DNA of 60,084 nt, from contig JAITWJ010000108.1 of assembly GCA_031285325.1 (NCBI GenBank), positions 1 to 60,084 on the forward strand. Direction: 5' to 3'. Both the position numbers and the translations under genes were made by a program. Shown here one piece after another: positions 9,101-18,006 of the stretch; position 1 is the first letter of the stretch, and the number at the start of each line of letters is the position of its first letter. Source of the DNA: Bacteroidales bacterium. GTDB lineage: Bacteria; Bacteroidota; Bacteroidia; Bacteroidales; Prolixibacteraceae. Below the pieces are notes generated by a model, which saw only the letters and a program-made list of their open reading frames with translations, searched no databases and was not told the origin of the DNA.

Positions 9101-9548
9101 CACAGGTTACAGGGTAGAACGCTCACCCGACGGCATGTCTGGCTGGACGGAAATATACTCCGGAACGGCTATCAGTTATAACAACACCACCGGCCTAACT
9201 GCCAACACGGAGTATTACTACCGCGTGCAGGCTTTCGACGGTGCAGGCCACGAATCGGTATGGTCGAGCGTAAGCGCCACCACCGCACCAGCCGCCCCTA
9301 CAGGACTGGAGGCAACGGCTGTGTCGAGTACCGCAATTAATCTTACGTGGACGGCTATAAACGGGCTTAACTACAAGGTAGAACGCTCAACCAACGGTAC
9401 CTCGTGGACGGAAATAGCTCAGTCGGTACCAACAGGCAATTACCAGAATACCGGCCTTACTGCTAAAACTACGTATTACTATCGCGTGCGTGCTTACAAC
9501 GGCGTCAACTCGGAACCATCTGATGTCGATAGCGCTACCACGGAATAG
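6180..9548 (+). CDS. Surface lipoprotein: Big_2 Ig-like domain, one FN3-like domain and ten tandem fibronectin type III repeats
   Basis: Lipobox FAGC followed by acidic DED. The Big_2 domain reads VKVTGVSLS...LTATVTPANAENKTVSWNSSNPAVATID. Ten repeats read xPTGL.AT.VS...I.LSW...GY.VER...Y.YRVRAYN..G.S.YS. Confidence 0.92.
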   Translation: MIKNYLKQAAAALLIAVAAFAGCDEDPVKVTGVSLSQPTLALIEGASETLTATVTPANAENKTVSWNSSNPAVATIDDAGKVTALKAGTTTITVTTTDGEFTATAAVTVAEPERAPQLTTTAAEKISDAGATLGGNISDAGNPPYTERGIAYATQQNPTVANSKTAVAGSGTGAFSATVSGLNTDTRYYVRAYVVHETGTVYGDQISFNTARSEPDPVEPFAPTGLRATAVSNTQINLSWVAVTNATGYSVERRTGSESWAVIATSVTSTTYNNSGLTANTHYYYRVRAYNAAGNSEYSDAVSATASLTTPATPTGLRATTVSSTQINLSWTAVTGATGYRIERSLNGGSGWAEIYSGTSNSYNNDTGLAAGTRYYYRVRAYNGIYNSGYSSVANATTTSTSSVTIAAPTNLRVTVSPLAGQTAYRATVSWNGVSGATSYELEYSTNGTSNWIVVYSETSTSYTYNNIPEGNKYYFRVRAHKGINSSGYSNIATTVPAAPTGLTTTTVLNNRIDIKWNAVTGATGYKIEINDGGGWTLKTSVTTTNYQSTGLTVNKKYLYRVSAYNISGDSDYSDELETATPTAAPTGLTATIISNERIDLVWNTVVGATGYKLERSLNGTSWTVIDGAVTDTKYWNNLLAANTKYYYRVRACNAGGDSEYSTTVSATTAPAIPTGLSVTSKAMVENPLKYEAAIKWNTVTGATGYKVERSINDGSWAEIAPSVTTTTYTDSNLEPNTKYSYRVRSYNGNGDESDYPVAASATTAIDAPAGLSATAVSNTQINLSWTAVTGATGYRVERSPNGTSNWTQIIASVTATTYNNTGLAAGTIYYYRVRAHNASGSNSAFSTIENATTETVTITLDAPTGLTTTTVLNNRIDLKWNAVTGATGYRVERKIDTGEWTQIASSVTGTTYQNTGLTGIHTYYYRVRAYNNSGDSEYSNETSATTRLSVPGITTTVVSSTQINLSWAAITDATGYRVERSPDGMSGWTEIYSGTAISYNNTTGLTANTEYYYRVQAFDGAGHESVWSSVSATTAPAAPTGLEATAVSSTAINLTWTAINGLNYKVERSTNGTSWTEIAQSVPTGNYQNTGLTAKTTYYYRVRAYNGVNSEPSDVDSATTE

Positions 9549-9607
9549 ATACTGAAACCCGCGCGGGCAATAAATAAAGCCGCCGGAAAGAATTAAATGA
9601 ACGAAAC

Positions 9608-9645
9608 AATCAAGGGGCGAATAACATTTGTCCCTTGATTATTTT
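9608..9645 (+). terminator. Intrinsic terminator after the FN3 gene
   Basis: AATCAAGGGGCGAA...TTTGTCCCTTGATT stem followed by ATTTT. Confidence 0.7.
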
Positions 9646-9669
9646 AACCCCGCCCTGTTATTTACCGCC

Positions 9670-10080
9670 TTTGCAACCCGTATTGCAAAAGAACCGGCAA
9701 CCTGTTTGCCCCTTGCCACAGCATGGCAACGAGTAAAAAGATGAAAGTACTACTTGCCACAACATGGCAGAGGGAAAACAGACGAAAATACCACTTGCCA
9801 CAGCGTGGCAAAGGCCAAAAAGACTAAAATCCTGCTTGCCACAACGTGGCAGAGAGTAAAAAGATGAAAGTACTACTTGCCACAGCATGGCAAAAGGGAA
9901 AAAGACTAAAACACCTCTTGCCACAGCATGGCAGAGGGAAAACAGACAAAAATACCGCTTGCCACAGCGTGGCAACGAGAAAAAAGATGAAAAAACCTCT
10001 TGCCATAAAATGGCAAAGGAGAAAAAGACTAAAACACCTCTTGCCACAGCATGGCAGAGGGCAAAAAGATAAATTTACTG
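9670..10080. repeat. Array family B: nine 41-bp units with palindromic core TTGCCA-N5-TGGCA(A)
   Basis: CTTGCCA starts at 9712, 9753, 9794, 9835, 9876, 9917, 9958, 9999 and 10040 (exactly 41 bp apart). A divergent lead palindrome TTTGCAAcccgtaTTGCAAA lies at 9670-9689. Confidence 0.92.
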
Positions 10081-10268
10081 ATAACAATAAAATCTAAAAT
10101 CAACGAAACTAACAAAAATCAATCTGCACAACCTTCAAAACGCTGAACACTTTGAATTTTACGCCCACATCCACAAAAAACAGTTAATAACTGAGAGAAT
10201 TTACCGGCTGGAAACCGAACATATCCCAGCCCAACAGCAACGCCTTAGTGAAATAAATTAAGGGGGCT

Positions 10269-10988
10269 TCATTCCGCAGGATTCAGCGTCCAGTTGTAGT
10301 CGCCCGAGTAGATCATTTGTTTGGTCATGCCGCCGTCCACGCAGATATTTTCACCCGTTATAAATCCCGCCTTACCGGAACATAGAAATAAAACCGTATG
10401 CGCAATATCCAGAGGATTTCCTACACGGCGAACGGGGTGCTGTTCAGAGTCGGCGCCGGAATACTGTTTAAACGAGGTATCAATCCAGCCGGGCGACACG
10501 GAATTTACGCGCACCTTTCCGGCAAGACTTACTGCCAGCGCGTGTGTCAGTGCGGCAATGCCGCCTTTGGCGGCGGTGTAACTTTCGGTGTTTGGCTGGC
10601 TCATGCGGTCGCGAGATGACGAAATGTTAACTATTGACGCGCCTTCTGCAAAGTACGGCAAAAAAAGTTTCGTAAGATAAAACGGAGCGCTTACGCCTAC
10701 ACTGAGCGCGTAGTTGAAATCGTTCCACGAACAGGAGTCGATGCCTTTTGAGATCGGCAGCGCGTTATTTACAAGAAAGTCAACTCTGCCGTATGATGCA
10801 ACAACTTTTTGGGAGAATGCGACAAGCGTTTCCTCGTCCGCTATGTCGCCCGAAAAGAAATCGTTGGGCTTTTTGTCTATCACGCAAACCGCCGCACCGT
10901 TTTTTTTGAACTCTTCCGCAACTGTTTTACCGATTCCCTGTGCGCCGCCTGTTACAACGGCAACTTTCCCCTGAAACATTTTATTCAT
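10269..10988 (-). CDS. Short-chain dehydrogenase/reductase (SDR) family oxidoreductase
   Basis: TGGAQGIG, LVNNA, IVNISS, catalytic YTAAK and VNSVSPGWIDT. Confidence 0.92.
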   Translation of the reverse strand: MNKMFQGKVAVVTGGAQGIGKTVAEEFKKNGAAVCVIDKKPNDFFSGDIADEETLVAFSQKVVASYGRVDFLVNNALPISKGIDSCSWNDFNYALSVGVSAPFYLTKLFLPYFAEGASIVNISSSRDRMSQPNTESYTAAKGGIAALTHALAVSLAGKVRVNSVSPGWIDTSFKQYSGADSEQHPVRRVGNPLDIAHTVLFLCSGKAGFITGENICVDGGMTKQMIYSGDYNWTLNPAE

Positions 10989-11042
10989 AATTGTACTGTT
11001 TGAATTAGAATCTTTTTAGTGAATTTCAGATTATACGGGGCG

Positions 11043-11124
11043 CAAAAGTAGTGCAAACAATAAGAAATTCAAAGTGTTTCGGCAGAGGAAACATTTTAAA
11101 ATTATTCTGCTTTTGCTACCTTTG
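11043..11124. promoter_or_regulatory. Divergent -7 boxes: TACTTTTG (minus strand, 11050-11043, SDR) and TACCTTTG (plus strand, 11117-11124, cobB)
   Basis: Both match TAnnTTTG upstream of the respective starts. Confidence 0.6.
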
Positions 11125-11152
11125 CATTCCATACGTTTAAGCTTTAACAATT

Positions 11153-11842
11153 ATGAAGATTGCGGTATTTACAGGAGCAGGAATCAGCCGCGAGAGCGGG
11201 ATTGCCACCTTTCGCAACAGCAGCGGGCTGTGGGCAAACTACCGCATTGAGGATGTCTGTACACCCGAAGCGCTGGTGCGTAACCGCGAGGGTGTTATCG
11301 ACTTCTACAATATGCGCCGCCGCGAGGTACTGTCGAAAGAGCCGAATGCCGCACACCGGGCATTGGTTGAACTGGAACGGCATTTTGAGGTAGAAGTTAT
11401 CACGCAGAACATAGACGACCTGCATGAACGGGCAGGAAGCACGCGGGTTACACATTTACACGGCGAAATCCGTAAACTCCGCAGTTCGCTGAGCGAGTTG
11501 GCAACCGTACCAATAGAGGGCTGGGAGCAGAAATACGACACGCGCCACCCTGACGGTTCGCTCCTGCGTCCTTTCGTGGTCTTCTTTGGCGAGAGTGTGC
11601 CTATGCTTGAACGCGCCATTGAGGTAACCCGCACCGCCGATCTGATGATTGTTGTGGGTACGTCTCTGCAGGTTTATCCGGCGGCATCGCTGGTGTATTA
11701 CCTGCGCCCCGGAACGCCTGTTTACCTCATCGATCCCCATGCGCCCGCCCTTAGTTTGGATAACCTGCAAATAATCCGCGAACCGGCTTCAACAGGTGTA
11801 CCGAAAGTGGTAGATGAGTTGATTGATAAATATCAATTATAA
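11153..11842 (+). CDS. cobB: NAD-dependent protein deacylase (sirtuin, CobB type)
   Basis: GAGISRESGIATFR, FYNMRR, PNAAH, TQNIDDLHERAG, HLHG, RPFVVFFGE and GTSLQVYPAA. Confidence 0.92.
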   Translation: MKIAVFTGAGISRESGIATFRNSSGLWANYRIEDVCTPEALVRNREGVIDFYNMRRREVLSKEPNAAHRALVELERHFEVEVITQNIDDLHERAGSTRVTHLHGEIRKLRSSLSELATVPIEGWEQKYDTRHPDGSLLRPFVVFFGESVPMLERAIEVTRTADLMIVVGTSLQVYPAASLVYYLRPGTPVYLIDPHAPALSLDNLQIIREPASTGVPKVVDELIDKYQL

Positions 11843-11850
11843 ATAATATC

Positions 11851-12759
11851 ATGAATAATCTTTCAAACCTTGATTTTGGAGCTATTATAGCTGTACTGAC
11901 TTTTGCTTTGGGGTTTATTATAAACGGATATATGAATAAACGTCATAAGCGAAGAGAATTAAACTTATATAAGAATCTTATTATTTCTTGGACTGAGTCA
12001 CACAAAAAGGCAATTGATAATTTTACAAATAGTTTGCAAAAATTTGGTTCTGAAGTGAAGAATAATATATATATGAATATTCCACAATATGATAACTATC
12101 TTATGTCGTTGGAACGCCTCAACTCTATACCTATTGAAAAAATAGCAGATGTTTTTATGATAAATATCAAAATAAAAGATGAAGAAGATTCCACAGAGAT
12201 TGCTGCCAAGCACATGCATAGGTATATTGCAAGTATTGAGTATTTGAGTGCTGTTTCAATAAAAGTTATGAAATATCGTGATGATTATGAGATTGAAGCT
12301 AAAAATATTATGAATGAATGGAATACTAATTTTTTAAATCTTAAATATTCTTTAATCTCAAGAACCACACATGTAAAATGGAATGAGACTTCTCCCGAAG
12401 AACAATGTTTGTATAAAAAAATTGAAGATATGTTTCTGATGATGCAGCTATTACCTAAAAATGAAGATTGTGAGGCCGGTATGCCAATTTGGGATGAAAA
12501 ATTTATACATCCGGCAATGACTTATATAGAACAGTCAATCGGAAATAATCCTCAATTATTATCATCCGAAATATTCATCACGATTAGCACCTACATAGCA
12601 GGCCTTCAATTTTTATTTATGAAATGGCAAGCAAACAAAGGTTTTGGATGTGTTTTTTTAGATACACACAAGCATGTTGTATCTTGTTGCAAGGATATTT
12701 ATGAGGCAATAGAATACTTCAAGAATCATCGTTTACGTCATTCTCTATACATAAAGTAA
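11851..12759 (+). CDS. Hypothetical protein with a single N-terminal transmembrane anchor
   Basis: 302-aa ORF, visibly AT-rich, 8 nt after cobB. Hydrophobic FGAIIAVLTFALGFIINGY is followed by basic residues. No recognised motif. Confidence 0.7.
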   Translation: MNNLSNLDFGAIIAVLTFALGFIINGYMNKRHKRRELNLYKNLIISWTESHKKAIDNFTNSLQKFGSEVKNNIYMNIPQYDNYLMSLERLNSIPIEKIADVFMINIKIKDEEDSTEIAAKHMHRYIASIEYLSAVSIKVMKYRDDYEIEAKNIMNEWNTNFLNLKYSLISRTTHVKWNETSPEEQCLYKKIEDMFLMMQLLPKNEDCEAGMPIWDEKFIHPAMTYIEQSIGNNPQLLSSEIFITISTYIAGLQFLFMKWQANKGFGCVFLDTHKHVVSCCKDIYEAIEYFKNHRLRHSLYIK

Positions 12760-12812
12760 TTTTAGCATTACCTCCAATTCTATCGAACTCCGCTCAAAAC
12801 AATAAATAAAGT

Positions 12813-13163
12813 ATGGATAATAAGAGAATATACAGAATGCCATTTGCCGATGTTTATCCGCTGTACATAAAAAAAGCCGAAAAGAAGGGACGCACAAAAG
12901 TGGAAGTTGACACTGTAATTTCATGGCTTACAGGTTACAGTCAACAGGCTTTGCAGGAGCATATAAACAGTAAAAGCGATTTTGAAACATTCTTCGCCGG
13001 GGCGCCGCAAATAAATCCTGACGCTTCAAAAATTAAAGGTACGATATGCGGGTATCGTGTTGAAGAAATAGAAGATGAACTTATACATAAAATCCGTTGT
13101 CTCGACAAACTTGTTGACGAACTTGGAAAGGGGAAAACTATAGAAATGATTGTAAACAGATAA
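12813..13163 (+). CDS. DUF2200 family protein
   Basis: RIYRMPFADVYPLYIKKAEKKGRT...ISWLTGY...GTICGYRVEEIED...IRCLDKLVDELGKG is characteristic of the family. Confidence 0.85.
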   Translation: MDNKRIYRMPFADVYPLYIKKAEKKGRTKVEVDTVISWLTGYSQQALQEHINSKSDFETFFAGAPQINPDASKIKGTICGYRVEEIEDELIHKIRCLDKLVDELGKGKTIEMIVNR

Positions 13164-13185
13164 ACATAACACAATAACTATAACA

Positions 13186-13674
13186 GTGAACTTATTAATT
13201 AAAAAACTACCCACTATAATTTTGCGGATAACAGCATTTTTGTCTGCCATTGCCGGACTGCTGGTGTGTATTTTCGGTTTGCCGTCATTTGGGACAGAAA
13301 TTACGAGAATTTACCCCGAATACGCTTTTTGGCAATACCCTGTATGTGCCGGATTATACCTGATGGCGGCTTGTTTTTACTTTGTGCTGTTTCATTTCTG
13401 GTTTTTGCTCAACGGCATTGACAGGTATGATAAACTTATGGTAAAAAACCTTAAAATGATCAGGCTTGGCGCTATTATGTTCGGAATACTGTATTTCATC
13501 GCAGTAATGCCAATCCTGTTTCTGGCTGTGGCAGCCGAAACGGAGGATAGCAATCCGGGGATTATACTTATTGCTGCTTTTATTAATATGTTACCGCTAT
13601 GTGCAGCAGCCACCGCGGCCATTTTGGAACGAATTGCCGATGGCAAAAACTGTAACCCGAAGACAGCACAGTAA
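13186..13674 (+). CDS. DUF2975-like membrane protein
   Basis: Four hydrophobic segments and the LLNGID...VKNLKMIR pattern; GTG start. Confidence 0.65.
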   Translation: MNLLIKKLPTIILRITAFLSAIAGLLVCIFGLPSFGTEITRIYPEYAFWQYPVCAGLYLMAACFYFVLFHFWFLLNGIDRYDKLMVKNLKMIRLGAIMFGILYFIAVMPILFLAVAAETEDSNPGIILIAAFINMLPLCAAATAAILERIADGKNCNPKTAQ

Positions 13675-13794
13675 TTGAAATACAAAAAACGCCATACCAC
13701 GCCTCTTTGCACAATATCTGATATTTGTGTGAAAGTTTTCATATTGTTAGAAAATTCAGCACACCGTTGCAGGGTTAGGTAGTGTAGTGCAGGG

Positions 13795-14466
13795 TTATTT
13801 CCTGTTTCTGCCACCGAGTACGGCTTCAATATCGCTAATTCCCAAGCGGTGGACGCCCTGTTTCAAAAAGGCTGTTGCCGTTTCCCATTCGCGTATTCCT
13901 CCGGATGCTTTTATTTTCATTTTTCTGCCAACTGTTTTTACCATAATGTCGATGTATTCGGGTTTGGCGCCGCCCGGCCCGAAGCCGGTTGATGTTTTCA
14001 CAAAATCGGCGCCTGCTTCGTACGACAATTCACAGGCTTTTGCAATTTGTTCCGGACTTAAAAAGCCGCTTTCCTGAATAACTTTTACTAAAATGTTATT
14101 TGCTTTTGCTATTTCGACTACTGATTTTATGTCGTTCAGAACATATTCGTAATTGCCCGACATGAAACGCCCGATATTCATAACCATATCGATTTCATTT
14201 GTGCCGTCTTCAATTGCCTGTTTTGCCTGGAAAACCTTAACAGGAGTAGTGTCGGCCCCGTGTGGAAAACTCAGGACGCACGAAACTTTTACATCGTGGT
14301 TTTTTAAAAGTTGTGTTGCCGTTTTTATGTCGCATGGTTTTACGCACATACTGAATACGCCGTATTCGATGCAAATTTTGGCATGTTTTTCAAGGCCGGA
14401 CACTGTTTGGTCGGGCTTGAGTACTGCGTAGTCGATGGTTTTTGCTATTTGTTCTTTTGTGTACAT
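13795..14466 (-). CDS. deoC: Deoxyribose-phosphate aldolase
   Basis: IDYAVLKP, SFPHG, EIDMVMNIG, KVIQE, ADFVKTSTGF and KASGGIR. Confidence 0.93.
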   Translation of the reverse strand: MYTKEQIAKTIDYAVLKPDQTVSGLEKHAKICIEYGVFSMCVKPCDIKTATQLLKNHDVKVSCVLSFPHGADTTPVKVFQAKQAIEDGTNEIDMVMNIGRFMSGNYEYVLNDIKSVVEIAKANNILVKVIQESGFLSPEQIAKACELSYEAGADFVKTSTGFGPGGAKPEYIDIMVKTVGRKMKIKASGGIREWETATAFLKQGVHRLGISDIEAVLGGRNRK

Positions 14467-14475
14467 ACCGAATTT

Positions 14476-14676
14476 TTAATCTTCCATTTCCTTTAAAATC
14501 TGTTCTACCTGTTGGTTGGTGTTTTGCAGTTTTTCTCTGCAAATTTTAAGTAATGTGGAAATCCGTTTAACTTTTTCCGCCAAATCGTCAACATCAAATT
14601 CTTCGTTTTCGATCTTTTTAATAATTTCCTCAATTTCGGAAATTGCTTCGTTGTATTTTAATTTTTTAGTTGTCAT
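14476..14676 (-). CDS. xseB: Exodeoxyribonuclease VII small subunit
   Basis: YNEAISEIEEIIKKIEN...DVDDL...LLKICREKL; overlaps the xseA stop. Confidence 0.9.
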   Translation of the reverse strand: MTTKKLKYNEAISEIEEIIKKIENEEFDVDDLAEKVKRISTLLKICREKLQNTNQQVEQILKEMED

Positions 14677-16111
14677 TATTTTGTTTTCTGATTATTTTAC
14701 TTTCTGTGTTTCCGTCAGCAAAACGGGTTTCAATTGTTTCGCCCATGGCTAAATCTTTGGCCGATTTTATAATCTTGCCGTCTTTTAATGTGAGTGTATA
14801 TCCGCGTTTCAATACGTTTTCCGGATTGAGTAACCTTGCCGTATTATCGCACAAACAAATATGCTCGTGTTGTTTCTGGATAAAAGTTTTTGTTTCCTTT
14901 TCTGCAAAACCGGCAATATTGGTTAAATTATTATTTTTATGAATTATAACCTGACTCGTAAGTTGTTTTAAAACTGCGTTTTTATTTTCGAGCCGGTTGC
15001 CCATTTTTCCCGTACACATTGAAACCGCCAGTTTAACGCTGTGTTTTATTTTATTCAGTTCGGCTTTATTGGTGAACGAAAAAATGCTTGTATTTTGTTT
15101 AAAATCACTTCCTTTTCTTATTAATTGGATATTTTTATCGTGAATAAATCCTGAAACCGAGTTATGTAACCTGTCGGCAAAACTTTCGAGTTTAGTTTTA
15201 TGAAGATTTATGACTTTGCAAGTTGATTCGACTGATTTCTTTTCCAATAAAAGCATTCTTTCGTAAAATTGCTCAACACATACAATCAGAAATTCGGCTG
15301 CAGCTGTCGGCGTTTTCATTCGTGTGTGTGCTGTCATATCAATAATAGTGTCGTCTTTCTCGTGGCCAATACCGGTAATTACCGGCAGCGGAAACTGGGT
15401 TATGTTAAACGCTAAATCATAATTGTCGAAACAGCTTAAATCGGCTATCGCCCCTCCCCCCCTTACAATAACCACTGCATCGAAAAATTCTTCGTACGTA
15501 AAAATTTGCTCCAATGCACTAATTATTGACGGTACAGCCTCTTTCCCCTGCATATATACCTCGAAAAGCCGGTTATAGAACCTGAACCCGTATCTGTTAT
15601 TTTCAAGCTGGTTTATAAAGTCGTTATAACCGGCAGCTGTTTTTGACGAAATTATGGCAATTCTCTGTGGAACTAAGGGAAATTCCAACTCTTTATTCAT
15701 ATCGAAAACTCCTTCAACTTTAAGACGTTCTATTATCTCTTTTCGTTGAAGTACCATGTTGCCAACCGTATAAGAGGGATCAATGTCTTTTATGTTCAGG
15801 CTTAATCCAAAAGAGGAATGAAACTCAACTGTTACCTGTACCAAAATTTTTAATCCTTGCGTAAAAGACTGTCCTGTGGTGGTTTCAAAATATGTTTTTA
15901 ACATGTGGTATGTGTACGACCAAATAGTGGCCTTCATCCGCGCTATAATTTCGACATCTTCCTTCTCAATTAATTCAAGATAACAATGCCCTTTACGATT
16001 TTCATTTAATTCGCTAATCTCTCCTACCACCCAAACCGTTGCAGGGAACGCATCAAAAAGCACATCTTTTATTAAGGTATTTAATTGTGAAAGCGAAAAT
16101 CTTTGTTCCAT
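14666..16111 (-). CDS. xseA: Exodeoxyribonuclease VII large subunit
   Basis: VWVVGEISE, GHCYLEL, VRGGG, ITGIGHEKD, KTPTAAAE and LKRGY. ATG at 16111 is preferred over TTG at 16117. A -7 box TAATTTTG lies at 16176-16169. Confidence 0.93.
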   Translation of the reverse strand: MEQRFSLSQLNTLIKDVLFDAFPATVWVVGEISELNENRKGHCYLELIEKEDVEIIARMKATIWSYTYHMLKTYFETTTGQSFTQGLKILVQVTVEFHSSFGLSLNIKDIDPSYTVGNMVLQRKEIIERLKVEGVFDMNKELEFPLVPQRIAIISSKTAAGYNDFINQLENNRYGFRFYNRLFEVYMQGKEAVPSIISALEQIFTYEEFFDAVVIVRGGGAIADLSCFDNYDLAFNITQFPLPVITGIGHEKDDTIIDMTAHTRMKTPTAAAEFLIVCVEQFYERMLLLEKKSVESTCKVINLHKTKLESFADRLHNSVSGFIHDKNIQLIRKGSDFKQNTSIFSFTNKAELNKIKHSVKLAVSMCTGKMGNRLENKNAVLKQLTSQVIIHKNNNLTNIAGFAEKETKTFIQKQHEHICLCDNTARLLNPENVLKRGYTLTLKDGKIIKSAKDLAMGETIETRFADGNTESKIIRKQNNDN

Positions 16112-16434
16112 TCTCAACGAATTTTATTTGTTCTAATAATTTTCGGCGTTTCTTCATTATTCATGTTTCAAAATTAATAAACTTATAGTTCAAGTAATAC
16201 AATAATGCTATTTTCTAAATTCACAATAGGTTTATTATGTTATAACATTAAATAATTTTAATTTTGAAAAATGAATTTGCTGTGTTTTATGCGAATCTGT
16301 TTTATTATCTAATAAACACAGGCATTTAGACTTGAATATTTGGAAATAAAATTATTATTCGATTAAAATTCAACAATACAACTTTGTATCTTAACAATCT
16401 CAAATACTGTTTAGTAATATAAAAACTATAAGTA

Positions 16435-17799
16435 ATGAACGGTCAAAAAAAAATCGTACTCAGCGAGTCGCAAATACCTGCGCAATGGTATAACATCATG
16501 GCCGAGATGCCTAACAAACCAATGTCGATTCTGCATCCGGGAACCAAACAGGCATTGAAACCTGAGGACCTGTACCCAATCTTTGCCGAAGAACTGGCAC
16601 GGCAGGAACTGAACCAGACCGATATGTGGATTGACATACCGGAAGAAGTACGCGAAAAGTACAAGATTTACCGGCCTTCGCCGCTGGTACGCGCCACCGG
16701 ATTGGAAAAAGCGCTGGATACTCCCGCACACATTTATTTCAAAAATGAGAGCGTAAGTCCCGTAGGTTCGCACAAACTCAACTCGGCGCTGGCGCAGGCA
16801 TATTACTGCAAGAAAGAAGGCCTGACCAATATAACCACCGAAACGGGCGCCGGGCAATGGGGAACGGCCATGTCGTTTGCGGCCAAGGTTTTCGGGTTAG
16901 AACTGGCTGTATATATGGTGAAAATCAGCTATGAACAAAAGCCTTACCGGCGCTCGCTCATGCAGACCTGGGGCGCACAGGTAGTTGCATCGCCCAGTAT
17001 GTCAACCAAAGCAGGCCGCAAAATCCTAACCGATCATCCCACCTACCAGGGAAGTCTTGGTACGGCAATTTCCGAAGCTATTGAATTAGCCATGCAAACG
17101 CCTGACTGCAAGTACACGTTGGGTAGCGTACTGAACCATGTATCGTTACACCAGACCGTAATCGGGCTTGAAGCCGAGAAACAGATGGAAATCGCAGGCG
17201 AGTATCCCGACATCGTGATCGGTTGCTTTGGTGGAGGTTCCAATTTTTCAGGCATTTCGTTCCCGTTTATGCGCCACAACATAAATGATGGCCGCAAAAC
17301 ACGGTTCATTGCTGCCGAACCTGCTTCGTGTCCCAAACTAACACGCGGTGTTTTCCAATACGATTTCGGCGACGAAGCCGGTTACACTCCCCTGCTGCCG
17401 ATGTTCACGCTTGGGCATAACTTCGCCCCCGCCCACATTCATGCAGGAGGGCTGCGTTACCACGGAGCCGGAACCATCGTGAGCCAACTGATGAAAGACG
17501 GAATTATGGAGGCGGTGGACATCCAACAATTGGATTCGTTCGAGGCGGGAGTTCTTTTTGCCCGTACCGAGGGGATTGTTCCTGCGCCGGAATCGTCGCA
17601 TGCCATTGCAGCGGCTGTCAACGAGGCATTGAAAGCCAAAGAAGAAGGGGTACAAAAAACGATCCTTTTCAACCTGTCAGGACACGGATTGGTGGATATG
17701 ACTGCATACGACCAGTATTTTGCCGGCGACCTGACTAATTATGTTTTATCTGACGGGGATATTGCCAAAAATGTCAGTGTGCTGGAAAAAATAATCTGA
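16435..17799 (+). CDS. trpB2: TrpB-like PLP enzyme (tryptophan synthase beta, type 2), stand-alone
   Basis: WYNI, GSHKLN (PLP Lys), TETGAGQWG, GGGSN, HAGGLRYHG, APESSHA and LSGHG; no trpA nearby. Confidence 0.92.
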   Translation: MNGQKKIVLSESQIPAQWYNIMAEMPNKPMSILHPGTKQALKPEDLYPIFAEELARQELNQTDMWIDIPEEVREKYKIYRPSPLVRATGLEKALDTPAHIYFKNESVSPVGSHKLNSALAQAYYCKKEGLTNITTETGAGQWGTAMSFAAKVFGLELAVYMVKISYEQKPYRRSLMQTWGAQVVASPSMSTKAGRKILTDHPTYQGSLGTAISEAIELAMQTPDCKYTLGSVLNHVSLHQTVIGLEAEKQMEIAGEYPDIVIGCFGGGSNFSGISFPFMRHNINDGRKTRFIAAEPASCPKLTRGVFQYDFGDEAGYTPLLPMFTLGHNFAPAHIHAGGLRYHGAGTIVSQLMKDGIMEAVDIQQLDSFEAGVLFARTEGIVPAPESSHAIAAAVNEALKAKEEGVQKTILFNLSGHGLVDMTAYDQYFAGDLTNYVLSDGDIAKNVSVLEKII

Positions 17800-18006
17800 T
17801 ATCTTAAAAAACGAATAGTAATACTGTTGAAATAACATATTTAAAAGCCAGGACTTTGTATATTTTTACCATCAGAGGCATTTAATTTTTTAAATCAACA
17901 ATTAAATGTTAATTGATTGCTGAAAAATTTTAAATACAGCTTGGTTTTTTATTAAAAAGTATTTTCTTTGCAAACCATTTTTGATCATCTAAGAAACTAT
18001 AAATAA

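Noticed and set aside
9712-10080. CRISPR array (also considered for arrays A, C and E)
   Set aside because: The linkers are homologous to each other and recur, the constant part is only about 17 bp, the period (41-42 bp) is shorter than CRISPR repeat-plus-spacer units, and no cas gene is in the window.
10205-10250. Possible remnant of another REP-like family (GGCTGGAAACC...CAGCCCAACAGCAACGCC)
   Set aside because: Single degenerate occurrence in the window; cannot be supported without a genome search.
11153-12759. Sir2-based anti-phage system (sirtuin plus adjacent ORFan)
   Set aside because: The sirtuin has the complete housekeeping CobB motif set and length, not a defence SIR2 NADase architecture, and the partner has no recognisable HerA, TIR or Argonaute motifs.
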